Shown: positions 38,952 through 48,376 of the stretch, piece after piece
Position numbering within the stretch: the stretch's first letter is position 1
Layout of the letters: the number at the start of each line of letters is the position of its first letter
Source of the DNA: Bacilli bacterium
Lineage (GTDB): Bacteria > Bacillota_I > Bacilli_A > RF39 > UBA660
NCBI GenBank assembly: GCA_017511375.1
Contig: JAFWKJ010000002.1
Span: 12,090 to 76,089, forward strand
DNA: 64,000 bases
Direction of reading: 5' to 3'
Made by a program: the position numbers and the translations under genes
The notes under the pieces: model-generated
Told to the model about the DNA's origin: nothing
The model's database searches: none
What the model saw: only the letters and a program-made list of their open reading frames with translations

Positions 38952-40262
38952 ATGTATGAAGGCTATGAAAATAAAGACGAAGTTGTTCAATTATATTTAG
39001 ACGACATCATTCCAAATAGATTTCAACCACGTGAAGTGTTTGATGAAAAAGCATTAAAAGAACTAGCTGTTTCTATTAAAGAACATGGTGTAATTCAACC
39101 AATTATCGTTCGTAACGTAAATGGAAAATATGAAATCATAGCAGGAGAAAGAAGATACAAAGCTTCTGCTTTAGCAGGGCTAACAAAGATTCCTGCCATC
39201 ATAAGAAACTTGGATGATAAGGAAAGTTCAAAAGTAGCACTACTTGAAAATTTACAAAGAAAGAATCTAAATCCAATTGAAGAAGCAAGAACTTATCAAA
39301 AAATATTAGAATTAGATCAAATGACACAAGAGGAACTTGCTAAGACAATGGGAAAAAGTCAGTCCGCTGTTGCTAATAAAATAAGATTATTATCATTATC
39401 AGATGATATTCAAGAATCTATTTTAAAAGAAAGAATTTCAGAAAGACACGCAAGAGCCCTATTAAATGTAAAAGATTCAAAAATTCAAAGAGAACTTATG
39501 GACCAAGTAATTGCAGACAAAATGAGTGTAAGAGCCTTAGAAGAAAAAATTGAGCAAATGTTTCCAAAAGGAAAAACGGGAGATGATATTCCGATTGATA
39601 ATAATGCTTCCACAGGCGAATTCTTAAATGCAACACCACTAAAACCAACAGCAAATGCTATTCAAGAAGAAGTATCTAATTATGGAAAAGTGGTAATTGC
39701 CCCTCCTAAAGAGACGACAGATGAGCCTAAAGAAGAAACAAAGAATGAGGAGGAGATTTCTACGAATAAATTCATAAACTTTGGAGACAATGGAAAAGGA
39801 CCAAATAGTGGATTAGAGGAACAACCTCTTTCTCCAGTTAGCAGACATATTGATATGGATGAAGTAAGAAAAAATGCAACCGATATCAAACCATCCTCAG
39901 GAGCAGCCTTAGATAATTTGTTAAATATTAATACTTCATCAACAGTCCCATTAAGTAAAGAAGAGCAAATGCAAAAAGAAGACTATTTTTCACCGCCAGA
40001 AATCCCATCTATTAAACTAGATGAGGAAGAGGACGAAAAAAAGGATGATTCTATTGAAAACCCTTTAATACCAAATACAGTAGGGGAGTCTTCTGTTCTT
40101 CCATCTCTTGATATGGGAGGGGATACTTACACAGTAGAAGAATCCAAGAAAAAAATAGTAGATTTAGTAGAGGACCTAAAACAACACGGAGTAAAAGTAC
40201 ATTCTGATGAGATGGATTTTCCTAAATCTTATCAGATAATCATTAAAATTGATAAAGAATAA
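38952..40262 (+). CDS. noc: ParB-family protein, Noc-like (nucleoid occlusion paralog) with a long low-complexity linker
   Basis: ParB N-domain (IPNRFQPR, IIAGERRYKAS). HTH region GKSQSAVANKIRLL...ISERHARAL resembles B. subtilis Noc (GQSTIANKLRLL...ITERHARAL). The C-terminal end HGVKVHSDEMDFPKSYQIIIKIDKE resembles the Noc C-terminus. Position after rsmG. 436 aa against about 283 aa. Confidence 0.75.
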   Translation: MYEGYENKDEVVQLYLDDIIPNRFQPREVFDEKALKELAVSIKEHGVIQPIIVRNVNGKYEIIAGERRYKASALAGLTKIPAIIRNLDDKESSKVALLENLQRKNLNPIEEARTYQKILELDQMTQEELAKTMGKSQSAVANKIRLLSLSDDIQESILKERISERHARALLNVKDSKIQRELMDQVIADKMSVRALEEKIEQMFPKGKTGDDIPIDNNASTGEFLNATPLKPTANAIQEEVSNYGKVVIAPPKETTDEPKEETKNEEEISTNKFINFGDNGKGPNSGLEEQPLSPVSRHIDMDEVRKNATDIKPSSGAALDNLLNINTSSTVPLSKEEQMQKEDYFSPPEIPSIKLDEEEDEKKDDSIENPLIPNTVGESSVLPSLDMGGDTYTVEESKKKIVDLVEDLKQHGVKVHSDEMDFPKSYQIIIKIDKE

Positions 40263-40264
40263 AA

Positions 40265-40291
40265 AGTAGATTGAAAAATCTACTTTTTTTT
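40265..40291 (+). terminator. Intrinsic terminator
   Basis: Stem AGTAGATT / AATCTACT with loop GAAA, followed by T7. Confidence 0.85.
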
Positions 40292-40359
40292 GTAAAAACA
40301 TTTCAAAAAAACAGTTTATTTGGTAGAATAATATATGTAATATGAAAATGGGTGATTAG

Positions 40360-41154
40360 ATGGGAAAGGTTATATCATTAGTGAATCAAAAAGGTGGAGT
40401 AGGAAAGACAACAACAAGTATCAATCTTTCTGCATCATTAGGAGTATTAGGAAAGAGAGTATTATTAATAGACTTAGATCCACAAGGAAACACAACTACT
40501 GGTGTAGGAATTAATAAGGGAGAAATAGATAAGAGTATCTATGATGTTTTAATTGAGGAATGTAATATTAAAGATACTGTAATTAAAACAAAATATAATA
40601 ATCTATATGTAATCCCAGCAACGATTAATTTAGCAGGTTTAAATGCAGAGTTGCTTGAAAAAAGTAGAACGCAAGCTGGATACAGAAAAGGAGAAAAATT
40701 AAAAGAGTGTTTAGCAGAAATAAAGGACGATTTTAACTATATTATTATTGATTGTCCTCCATCTCTAGATTTAATAACAATCAACGCTTTGACTGCTTCA
40801 AACTCAGTAATTATCCCTGTTCAATGTGAGTTCTTTGCTCTAGAAGGAATTACACAATTACTAAGAACTATTATGCAAGCTCAAAAGACATTAAATCCAA
40901 CACTTGATATTGAAGGAGTTCTATTAACAATGCTTGATTCTAGAACCAATTTAGGTTTTGAAGTCGTAGAAGACATTCGTAGTTTCTTTAAAGAAAAAGT
41001 ATATAATACGATCATACCAAGATTAGTTAAATTAACAGAAGCTCCCTCACATGGAGAACCTATAATAGTTTATGATCCAAAGAGTAGAGGATCAGAAGCT
41101 TATATCAATCTAGCAAAGGAAGTGATTGAAAGAAATGGAAACGAACAATATTAA
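40360..41154 (+). CDS. soj: Chromosome partitioning ATPase ParA/Soj
   Basis: Deviant Walker A NQKGGVGKTT, IIIDCPP, 264 aa. Lies upstream of parB. Confidence 0.94.
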   Translation: MGKVISLVNQKGGVGKTTTSINLSASLGVLGKRVLLIDLDPQGNTTTGVGINKGEIDKSIYDVLIEECNIKDTVIKTKYNNLYVIPATINLAGLNAELLEKSRTQAGYRKGEKLKECLAEIKDDFNYIIIDCPPSLDLITINALTASNSVIIPVQCEFFALEGITQLLRTIMQAQKTLNPTLDIEGVLLTMLDSRTNLGFEVVEDIRSFFKEKVYNTIIPRLVKLTEAPSHGEPIIVYDPKSRGSEAYINLAKEVIERNGNEQY

Positions 41155-42043
41155 TGAAAGTGGAATTCCTAGAAGAAGAGCTCTAGGGAAAGGACTAGAA
41201 GAACTATTTAATAGTGAAATTATTGATTATAGTACCGTAGAAGAACAAATAGTAAATGAAACACCAAAAGAAGCCATTACAAATATAAAGTTGAAAGATT
41301 TGAGACCAAATCCATATCAGCCAAGAAAAGTATTTGATGAAAAATCTTTAAATGAACTAGCTGAATCCATCAAAGAACATGGTGTATTTCAACCAATTAT
41401 CGTAAAAAATTCAATAAAAGGTTATGAAATCATTGCGGGTGAAAGAAGAGTAAAAGCATCAGAAATGGCTGGTTTAGAAGAAATTCCTGCAATTATTAGA
41501 GATTTTAGTGATACGCAAATGATGGAAATTGCATTGCTAGAGAATTTACAAAGAGAAAACCTAACTGCAATTGAAGAAGCAAATGCATATAAAAAATTAC
41601 AAGAAACACTTGTAGTAACACAAGAAGAATTAGCAAATCGACTAGGAAAAAGTAGAAGTCATATTACAAATATGTTAGGATTATTATCCTTACCAGAAGA
41701 TATTCAAAATGATATTAATAACAAAAAAATAACAATGGGACATGCCCGTGTATTAAGTAAATTAGATAATGTGGTGCAACAAAGAGAACTAGAAAAGAAA
41801 ATCATTGAAGAAGGAATGAGCGTTAGAGAATTAGAAAAAATAACGCAAGAATCTGAAATTACAAAAACAAATCCACAAAAGAAGCGTAAACAACAAAATG
41901 AATATGCTTATTTAGAAGATGAATTAAGTGAAAAATTAGGAACAAGAGTAAAATTTAAGAAAAATAAAGTTGAAATTTACTTTGTGAATAATAATGATTT
42001 AAATAGAATTTTAGAATTATTAAATATAGAAGTAGATAAATAG
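41126..42043 (+). CDS. spo0J: Chromosome partitioning protein ParB/Spo0J
   Basis: [24 protein letters not shown] region [14 protein letters not shown]...TMGHARVL (parS type), and a C-terminal dimerisation domain. The start may be 41126 or 41135. Confidence 0.93.
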   Translation: MKEMETNNINESGIPRRRALGKGLEELFNSEIIDYSTVEEQIVNETPKEAITNIKLKDLRPNPYQPRKVFDEKSLNELAESIKEHGVFQPIIVKNSIKGYEIIAGERRVKASEMAGLEEIPAIIRDFSDTQMMEIALLENLQRENLTAIEEANAYKKLQETLVVTQEELANRLGKSRSHITNMLGLLSLPEDIQNDINNKKITMGHARVLSKLDNVVQQRELEKKIIEEGMSVRELEKITQESEITKTNPQKKRKQQNEYAYLEDELSEKLGTRVKFKKNKVEIYFVNNNDLNRILELLNIEVDK

Positions 42044-42069
42044 AATGCAAGCACGAAGTGAGGTGCAAA

Positions 42070-42255
42070 ATGGAACAAAATAATTATGGACTTGGAACAA
42101 TTGTTGTGATGAAAAAACAACATCCATGTGGTACAAACGAATGGGAAATTGTTCGCGTAGGAGCCGATATTAAAATAAAATGCTTGGGATGCGGAAGAAC
42201 GGTTTTAATTCCACGAGTAGAATTCAATAGAAAGTTGAAAAAAATAAAGGAATAA
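42070..42255 (+). CDS. DUF951 (YyzM-like) small protein
   Basis: [46 protein letters not shown] closely resembles B. subtilis YyzM. ATG 42070 follows GTGAGGTG. Confidence 0.85.
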   Translation: MEQNNYGLGTIVVMKKQHPCGTNEWEIVRVGADIKIKCLGCGRTVLIPRVEFNRKLKKIKE

Positions 42256-42266
42256 GGGAGAATTAT

Positions 42267-43862
42267 ATGCGCGAAAGAGGAAAATTAAAACTAAGAAAAT
42301 TTTATTTTCATCCAGTAACAATGTTTATTGTGATGTTATTTGTTACGATGTTAGCAAGTTGGATTTTGTCTTTATTTGAGACACAAGCAACTTATAATTC
42401 TATAAATGTGAATACAAAAGAACTTGAACCCGTATTGATTACAATTGAGAATATGTTATCTTTTGATGGTTTAAAGTTTATTATAAGTGATGCAGCAAAG
42501 AACTTTTTAAGTTTTGCTCCATTAGGATCACTATTAATATCACTTATTGGATTAACTGTTGCCGAAGGAACAGGATTAATAGAAACAGTAACAAGAAGAC
42601 ATTTAAGCAAAATGCCAAAATTTTTACTTACATTCATTGTGATTTTTCTATCAACCATTTCATCTTTAATCAATGAAGTAGGATATACCATTTTAATTCC
42701 TTTAATTGCTCTAGTTTATTTTATGAACAATAGAAACCCAATCTTAGGAATTGTAACGGCCTTTTGTGGAGTATCTTTTGGATATGGAGTATCCATATTT
42801 GTAGGATCTATGGAGATATCTTTATTAACATATACCAAAAATGCTGCTTTATTAATTGATGATACAGTACATGTTGCTTTAACATCAAATTTATTCTTTA
42901 TTATCGCAGCCTCTATTATTTTATCTATTGTAGGAACCGTTATTATTGAAAAAATCATTGCTCCTAAGATAGGAAAGTATAAAAAAGAAGATGATTTATC
43001 TCCAACGGAAAAATATCATTCTTTTGATTTAGAGGACGAAGAACAACGTCAAATTGAGCAAGATAAATATGAAAAACGAGGATTAAGACATGCGTTAGTT
43101 GTATCCATCTTATTTGGATTATTCTTTATCTATGCTTTAATACCAGGTCTACCATCTTCAGGAATGTTATTAGACTTAAAAGAAACAGCTTATGTGAATC
43201 AATTATTTGGAGCCAATGCATACTTCCAAGATGGTTTTACTTATTTAGTATCTTTATTCTTTATCATTACAGGAATCGCTTATGGAATTGGAAGTAAATC
43301 TATTAAGAACGACAAGAATATCATTGAAAATGCAAATAAAAACTTTAATAACATAGGAAGCGTCTTTATTCTAATCTTTGCAGCTGCTCAATTCATTGCC
43401 GTATTTAGAAAAAGTAATATTGGACCTGTTGTAACCTCTTGGTTAGCAACAGCTCTAGAACATACTGGATTTAGTGGAATCCCACTTATTATTACAGCAT
43501 TAATTATGATTTCTCTTGCAAACTTTGTTTTGACATCCGCTGCCAATAAATGGTTAATCTTTTCACCAGTGGTAGTACCAATGTTTATGCAATCAAATAT
43601 ATCTCCACAGTTTGCACAAATTATCATGAGAGCGGGAGATTCTATGACAAAAGGATTTACTCCATTACTTGCGTCATTTGTTATTTTTATAGGATATCTA
43701 AATGCTTATAATTTAAATAAAAACAAACCATATACAATAAAAGGGGCACTAGCACTTATTACCCCATATTTCTTAATCATATTTGTAGCATGGATCTTAT
43801 TAGTTGTATTATGGTATCTAATTGGTTTACCAATTGGACCAGGTGTTTTACCAACGATTTAA
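42267..43862 (+). CDS. AbgT-family transporter (p-aminobenzoyl-glutamate/antimetabolite efflux family)
   Basis: 531-aa polytopic protein. FAPLGSLLISLIGLTVAEGTGLIE matches the AbgT signature FAPLG..L....GVGVAE.SGLI as I recall it. Confidence 0.7.
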   Translation: MRERGKLKLRKFYFHPVTMFIVMLFVTMLASWILSLFETQATYNSINVNTKELEPVLITIENMLSFDGLKFIISDAAKNFLSFAPLGSLLISLIGLTVAEGTGLIETVTRRHLSKMPKFLLTFIVIFLSTISSLINEVGYTILIPLIALVYFMNNRNPILGIVTAFCGVSFGYGVSIFVGSMEISLLTYTKNAALLIDDTVHVALTSNLFFIIAASIILSIVGTVIIEKIIAPKIGKYKKEDDLSPTEKYHSFDLEDEEQRQIEQDKYEKRGLRHALVVSILFGLFFIYALIPGLPSSGMLLDLKETAYVNQLFGANAYFQDGFTYLVSLFFIITGIAYGIGSKSIKNDKNIIENANKNFNNIGSVFILIFAAAQFIAVFRKSNIGPVVTSWLATALEHTGFSGIPLIITALIMISLANFVLTSAANKWLIFSPVVVPMFMQSNISPQFAQIIMRAGDSMTKGFTPLLASFVIFIGYLNAYNLNKNKPYTIKGALALITPYFLIIFVAWILLVVLWYLIGLPIGPGVLPTI

Positions 43863-43887
43863 TCATATCGAAAGATATGATTTTTTC
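43862..43887 (+). terminator. Intrinsic terminator
   Basis: Stem ATCATATC / GATATGAT with loop GAAA, followed by T6. Confidence 0.8.
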
Positions 43888-43942
43888 TATAATATATTTA
43901 GATTGTATGTTATAATAAACAAGAGACAAAAGAGGTGTAAAA

Positions 43943-45043
43943 ATGAGTTTAACAGCGGGAATTGTAGGCCTACCAAATGTAGGAAAATCAACACTATTTA
44001 ACGCAATTACAAATCAAAAAATATTAGCAGAAAATTATCCATTCGCAACAATAGAACCTAATGTCGGAGTTGTAACTGTACCAGACAAAAGAATGGATAA
44101 ATTAAAGGAAATGTATGACCCTAATCGTTTTATTCCAACCGCTTATGAATTTACAGATATTGCGGGATTAGTAAAAGGTGCTAGTAAAGGGGAAGGGTTA
44201 GGAAATAAGTTTTTATCTCATATACGTGAAGTGGATGCTATTGTGGAAGTAGTAAGATGTTTTGATGATGGCAAAATCATTCATGTAGAGGGAGAGATTG
44301 ACCCCATAAGAGATATAGAAACCATTAATTTAGAATTAGCAATATCAGATTTAGATATTATTAATAATAGACTAGAAAAGGTTGCAAAAAAGGCAAAGAC
44401 AACAAAAGATAAAAACGATTTGCTAGAAGTAGAAATCTTAGAAAAATGTAAGAAAGCATTAGAGGAAAATAAACCAATCCGACAAATAGATTTAACGACA
44501 GAAGAAAAGAAACTAATAAAAACTTATAGTTTTTTAACAGCTAAACCAATTATCTATCTTGCAAACATCAAAGAAAGTGAACTAGGAAATCCTGATAATG
44601 AATATGTACAAAAAGTAAAAGAATATGCAGATCAAGAAAATGCAAAAGTAGTAAGTTTATGTGCTAAAGTAGAAGAAGAATTATCAGAAATGTCAGAAGA
44701 AGATAAAAAAGAAATGCTTGAGGCATTAGGAGTAGAAGAATCGGGATTAAACAAGTTGATAACAGCAACCTATGATATTTTAGGACTTGCAACTTATTTC
44801 ACCGTAGGAAAAGATGAAGTAAGAGCCTGGACCTTTAGAAAAGGAATGAACGCCAAAGAATGTGCCGGAATTATTCATACAGATTTTGAAAAAGGATTTA
44901 TTCGCGCAGAAGTAATGTCTTATGAAGATTTAATCGAATGTGGAAGTGAATTAAAGGTAAAAGAGGCAGGAAAGGCAAGACTAGAAGGAAAAGATTATTT
45001 AATGCAAGACGGGGATATCTGTCACTTTAGATTTAATGTATAA
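43943..45043 (+). CDS. ychF: Ribosome-binding ATPase YchF
   Basis: GIVGLPNVGKSTLFNA, 366 aa, C-terminal TGS-like domain ending DGDICHFRFNV. Confidence 0.95.
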   Translation: MSLTAGIVGLPNVGKSTLFNAITNQKILAENYPFATIEPNVGVVTVPDKRMDKLKEMYDPNRFIPTAYEFTDIAGLVKGASKGEGLGNKFLSHIREVDAIVEVVRCFDDGKIIHVEGEIDPIRDIETINLELAISDLDIINNRLEKVAKKAKTTKDKNDLLEVEILEKCKKALEENKPIRQIDLTTEEKKLIKTYSFLTAKPIIYLANIKESELGNPDNEYVQKVKEYADQENAKVVSLCAKVEEELSEMSEEDKKEMLEALGVEESGLNKLITATYDILGLATYFTVGKDEVRAWTFRKGMNAKECAGIIHTDFEKGFIRAEVMSYEDLIECGSELKVKEAGKARLEGKDYLMQDGDICHFRFNV

Positions 45044-45052
45044 GGAGAAAAA

Positions 45053-45661
45053 ATGAAATTACTAAGTATTATAACCCCTTACTATAATACCTATGAATAT
45101 TTAAAAAAAATTAGTGATGTATTACGCCCTCAATTAACAGATGAAGTAGAGTGGATTATTATAGATGATGGTTGTCATGATAGAAGAATTAATGAATTTG
45201 CTACAATCCCAATTCACCTACTATATAATAGTGGGAATGCTTCTCGTCCAAGAAATTTTGGACTAGATTTAGCAACAGGAGAATATATTGTGTTCATAGA
45301 TTCAGATGACATGATAGCCCCAAACTATGTTGAAACGATATTAAATAAAATAAAAGCAGAGGATTTCGACTATTGTTATTTTGGTTGGAAGACAAAGAAA
45401 AAAGAATTTATGATAGAAAGAGAGCCAGAAGAATGGAACTGTTCTGTATGTAATTGTATCTATAAGAAAAGCCTAATTGGAGAAACTCGTTTCGATGAAA
45501 ATAGAAATATAGGAGAAGATAGAGATTTTAATGAAAGGGTTAGAAAAGGAAAAAGAAGTAATATTAAAGAAATCCTATATCAATATTTCTATAGAGAAAG
45601 AGAAGGAAGCTTATCTAAACAATATAGAGATAAAATAATAAAAGCGAAAAAAGAAGGATAA
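45053..45661 (+). CDS. Glycosyltransferase family 2 (short, 202 aa)
   Basis: IITPYYNT, IIIDDG and FIDSDD (DxD) motifs of GT-A fold GT2 enzymes. Confidence 0.78.
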   Translation: MKLLSIITPYYNTYEYLKKISDVLRPQLTDEVEWIIIDDGCHDRRINEFATIPIHLLYNSGNASRPRNFGLDLATGEYIVFIDSDDMIAPNYVETILNKIKAEDFDYCYFGWKTKKKEFMIEREPEEWNCSVCNCIYKKSLIGETRFDENRNIGEDRDFNERVRKGKRSNIKEILYQYFYREREGSLSKQYRDKIIKAKKEG

Positions 45662-45673
45662 AAGGAGGGTAAT

Positions 45674-46762
45674 ATGAAATCAAAACACATGACAATCATA
45701 GGAATCATTATTTTAGTGATAGCCTTTGTTATGATTGAAATAGGTTTTGTAGTAGCATCAAAACAGGAAGAGCCAAAGGGAGAAAAATCCCCAACAAAAA
45801 CCAATATATCAAAGGATAAAATGGTTCTTTCTAAGGAAGAAAGATATAGTAATAATAAACTAATAGAACGGATTAGTTATTCCTATGATTCTAAAGGAAA
45901 CGTTAAATCTGCAAAACTAAAATATGACTGCAAAGATTATGAACATTGTACTTATATGGAAACGGCTGCTAGAGGATTATATAAATACAAATATAAACAT
46001 AAAAATGGGAAGTTACATAATCTTGTAAAAATAGACTTATATACAAAGGATGGCGTATCAACTTACTATGAGGATGATGACTTAAACCCAATCAAAAAGT
46101 ATGGATATGATGCTGTCCTTATGAATAGAGAAGAAAAAGACATTATTGTGACGTATGAGTATGATAGTCAAAAAAGAATTAGTAAAAGAATTGGCTCTCA
46201 ATATGGCAAAGAAAGATCAACGGTTACTTTTGAATATGATGAAAACAATAACATAATTAATCAAAACTTTCATATTAAAGGAGGAACAGAATATCATAAT
46301 CAATATACTTATGATGAACAAAATAATGTAACTAGTTTTAGCGTAGATTATATCATTAAAGAAGAAGATGAAATTATTTATGATTCAGACGGATTTGAAG
46401 GACTTGGGAATGAAGGTAAACTAGTCATTAACTATAACTATGACTATAAAGAAGATCTTATAAAGAATATAAAGGTAAATGTAAATTTTAATAATACATA
46501 TCAAGAAGAATATATAGTAAATAGAGAATATGATGAAAATAAAAATCTTGTTTTAGAAAAAATCGTTAGAACAGACAGTGAAAGGCCAGGGGAAAGAACT
46601 ACATATCTGAGAAAACTATATTATGAAGAAAGTCCTTGGAACAAAAACACATCAGAATACACAATAAAAAAATATCAATTAGAAACTCAATCTGATTCTC
46701 TAGTTGAGTATTTATATAAAGAAGACAATTGGCTAGCTTGTTATCACTTCTTTATGTATTAA
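45674..46762 (+). CDS. Membrane-anchored YD/RHS-repeat-like protein (362 aa)
   Basis: An N-terminal TM segment, then at least 6 units of the form xYxYDxxxN: ISYSYDSKGNV, VTYEYDSQKRI, VTFEYDENNNI, YTYDEQNNV, INYNYDYKEDL, VNREYDENKNL. Confidence 0.65.
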   Translation: MKSKHMTIIGIIILVIAFVMIEIGFVVASKQEEPKGEKSPTKTNISKDKMVLSKEERYSNNKLIERISYSYDSKGNVKSAKLKYDCKDYEHCTYMETAARGLYKYKYKHKNGKLHNLVKIDLYTKDGVSTYYEDDDLNPIKKYGYDAVLMNREEKDIIVTYEYDSQKRISKRIGSQYGKERSTVTFEYDENNNIINQNFHIKGGTEYHNQYTYDEQNNVTSFSVDYIIKEEDEIIYDSDGFEGLGNEGKLVINYNYDYKEDLIKNIKVNVNFNNTYQEEYIVNREYDENKNLVLEKIVRTDSERPGERTTYLRKLYYEESPWNKNTSEYTIKKYQLETQSDSLVEYLYKEDNWLACYHFFMY

Positions 46763-46794
46763 AAAAATAGACCAGTTTTTTGGTCTATTTTTTA
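46761..46794. terminator. Bidirectional terminator between convergent genes
   Basis: Stem AATAGACCA / TGGTCTATT, flanked by an A-run and a T-run. Confidence 0.8.
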
Positions 46795-47094
46795 ATAATC
46801 CATACGAGTATTTATAATAGGGTTCACAAGCGTCTTATTATGACGAAAGTAAATAGTATATATCTTATAAGAACCATATATGATAAGAAAGATAGCTAAA
46901 AATAAAACAATAATATCTACAATCGTCAAGATTTTATCAGCTTTCTGTTCAACCAAACTATATTCATCAGAATCATCGGATTCTCTTTCAATTTCAAAGC
47001 CTCTCTTACAATACTGACACTTGCAACTTTTGTCATTTTCACTAAACTCTAAACTAGCTCCGCAATTTGGGCATTTCTTTTCAATTAATTTCAT
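46792..47094 (-). CDS. Zinc-ribbon plus single-TM small protein
   Basis: CPNCGASLEF...CKCQYCKRGF C4 ribbon, then one TM segment. The ribbon resembles the N-terminus of the ORF at 55359-56978. Confidence 0.65.
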   Translation of the reverse strand: MKLIEKKCPNCGASLEFSENDKSCKCQYCKRGFEIERESDDSDEYSLVEQKADKILTIVDIIVLFLAIFLIIYGSYKIYTIYFRHNKTLVNPIINTRMDY

Positions 47095-47140
47095 ATCTAA
47101 TCACCATAGGAAGATTATATCATAAAAATAAGAAAACACC

Positions 47141-47169
47141 TAGACAGAAAAACATATATTTGTTATAAT
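47141..47169 (+). promoter_or_regulatory. Sigma-A promoter of rpsF-ssb-rpsR
   Basis: TAGACA at 47141-47146, 17-nt spacer containing TG, TATAAT at 47164-47169. The ~65-nt leader carries two hairpins (47176-47192 and 47196-47212). Confidence 0.65.
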
Positions 47170-47238
47170 ACCATCGAGTATTTTAAATACTCCTTACTGT
47201 TTAAAAAACAGTCTTATGTCCAAAAGGAGGTGGAAACA

Positions 47239-47526
47239 ATGAATAAGTATGAAATCATGTTCGTTGTTAGACCAGATATGGAAGAAGCTGAAATAAGAAA
47301 AACAGCTGACGCTATGAAAAAGGTTCTAACAGATGCTAAAGCAAATATCTTAGAAGACAAACCAATGGGTCAAAGAGAATTAGCTTATGAAGTAAGAAAG
47401 TTTAATACAGGATATTATTTCTTACTAGTGGTGGAAGCAACACCAGCAGCAGAAGAAGAATTTAAACGTGTTGCTAGAATTAATGAAAGTTTATTACGTC
47501 ATATTGTTGTAAAAGTAGAAGACTAA
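47239..47526 (+). CDS. rpsF: 30S ribosomal protein S6
   Basis: MNKYEIMFVVRPD... Start at ATG 47239 after AAAGGAGGTG. Confidence 0.95.
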   Translation: MNKYEIMFVVRPDMEEAEIRKTADAMKKVLTDAKANILEDKPMGQRELAYEVRKFNTGYYFLLVVEATPAAEEEFKRVARINESLLRHIVVKVED

Positions 47527-47545
47527 TAAATAAAGAGGTAAAGTT

Positions 47546-48031
47546 ATGAATAAAGTATTTTTAATAGGAAGATTAACTCGTGATCCAGAACTAAGATATA
47601 CAGGAAGTAATACAGCTGTTGCAACATTTTCTTTAGCCGTTAATAGAAATTTTTCTAATCAAAACGGAGAAAGAGAAACAGATTTTATTAATATTGTAGT
47701 TTGGAGAAAACAAGCTGAAAATGTTAAAAACTTTCTTTCACAAGGAAGTCAAGTTGCTATAGACGGAAGAATCCAAACAAGAAGTTATGATGATCAAAAC
47801 GGTCAAAAGAGATATGTAACAGAAGTAGTTGCTGATAATGTTGAGTTTTTAGGATCAAAGAATTCCTCAAACAATTCTAATAATGGAAATAGTTCAGCAG
47901 ATAATCACGCTGAACCAACCCCATATGATTTTGGAGATGCTCCAGAACCAAAGGGAACCGATATTGATAGTAATCCATTTGCTGATTTTGGTTCAAGTAT
48001 CGAAATAAGCGACGATGAATTACCATTCTAA
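47546..48031 (+). CDS. ssb: Single-stranded DNA-binding protein
   Basis: [21 protein letters not shown] fold, low-complexity linker, and C-terminal DDELPF tip. Confidence 0.95.
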   Translation: MNKVFLIGRLTRDPELRYTGSNTAVATFSLAVNRNFSNQNGERETDFINIVVWRKQAENVKNFLSQGSQVAIDGRIQTRSYDDQNGQKRYVTEVVADNVEFLGSKNSSNNSNNGNSSADNHAEPTPYDFGDAPEPKGTDIDSNPFADFGSSIEISDDELPF

Positions 48032-48056
48032 TTTTTAAGAAAAAGGAGGAGTAAAC

Positions 48057-48272
48057 ATGGCAGAATTCAATCGTAGAAAGAAAAAAGTATGTTTTATGTG
48101 TACTGGAAAAACTGTTGATTGGAAAGATCCAGAACAATTAAAGAAATATATCAATGAAAAAGGTAAAATATTACCAAGACGTGTAACAGGCAACTGTGCT
48201 GAACATCAAAGATTTATATCAAAACAAATTAAAAGAGCACGTGCAATTGCTTTGATACCTTATACAAAATAA
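48057..48272 (+). CDS. rpsR: 30S ribosomal protein S18
   Basis: [10 protein letters not shown]...ILPRRVTG...HQR...IKRAR signature. Confidence 0.95.
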   Translation: MAEFNRRKKKVCFMCTGKTVDWKDPEQLKKYINEKGKILPRRVTGNCAEHQRFISKQIKRARAIALIPYTK

Positions 48273-48297
48273 AAATGTAGATTTCTACATTTTTTTT
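48272..48297 (+). terminator. Intrinsic terminator after rpsR
   Basis: Stem ATGTAGA / TCTACAT followed by T7. Confidence 0.7.
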
Positions 48298-48376
48298 GTG
48301 GTTTTCAGGCCCTCTTTTTATTAGACAAACCTTGCCATTTATTATATAATAAAAATGGGACTTTATAGGAGGAAAT

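Noticed and set aside
47170-47229. A possible S6:S18 autoregulatory leader upstream of rpsF (two hairpins at 47176-47192 and 47196-47212).
   Set aside because: I cannot match the hairpins to the known rpsF-leader motif from memory. They may simply be generic 5'-UTR structure. It is mentioned only in the promoter feature.
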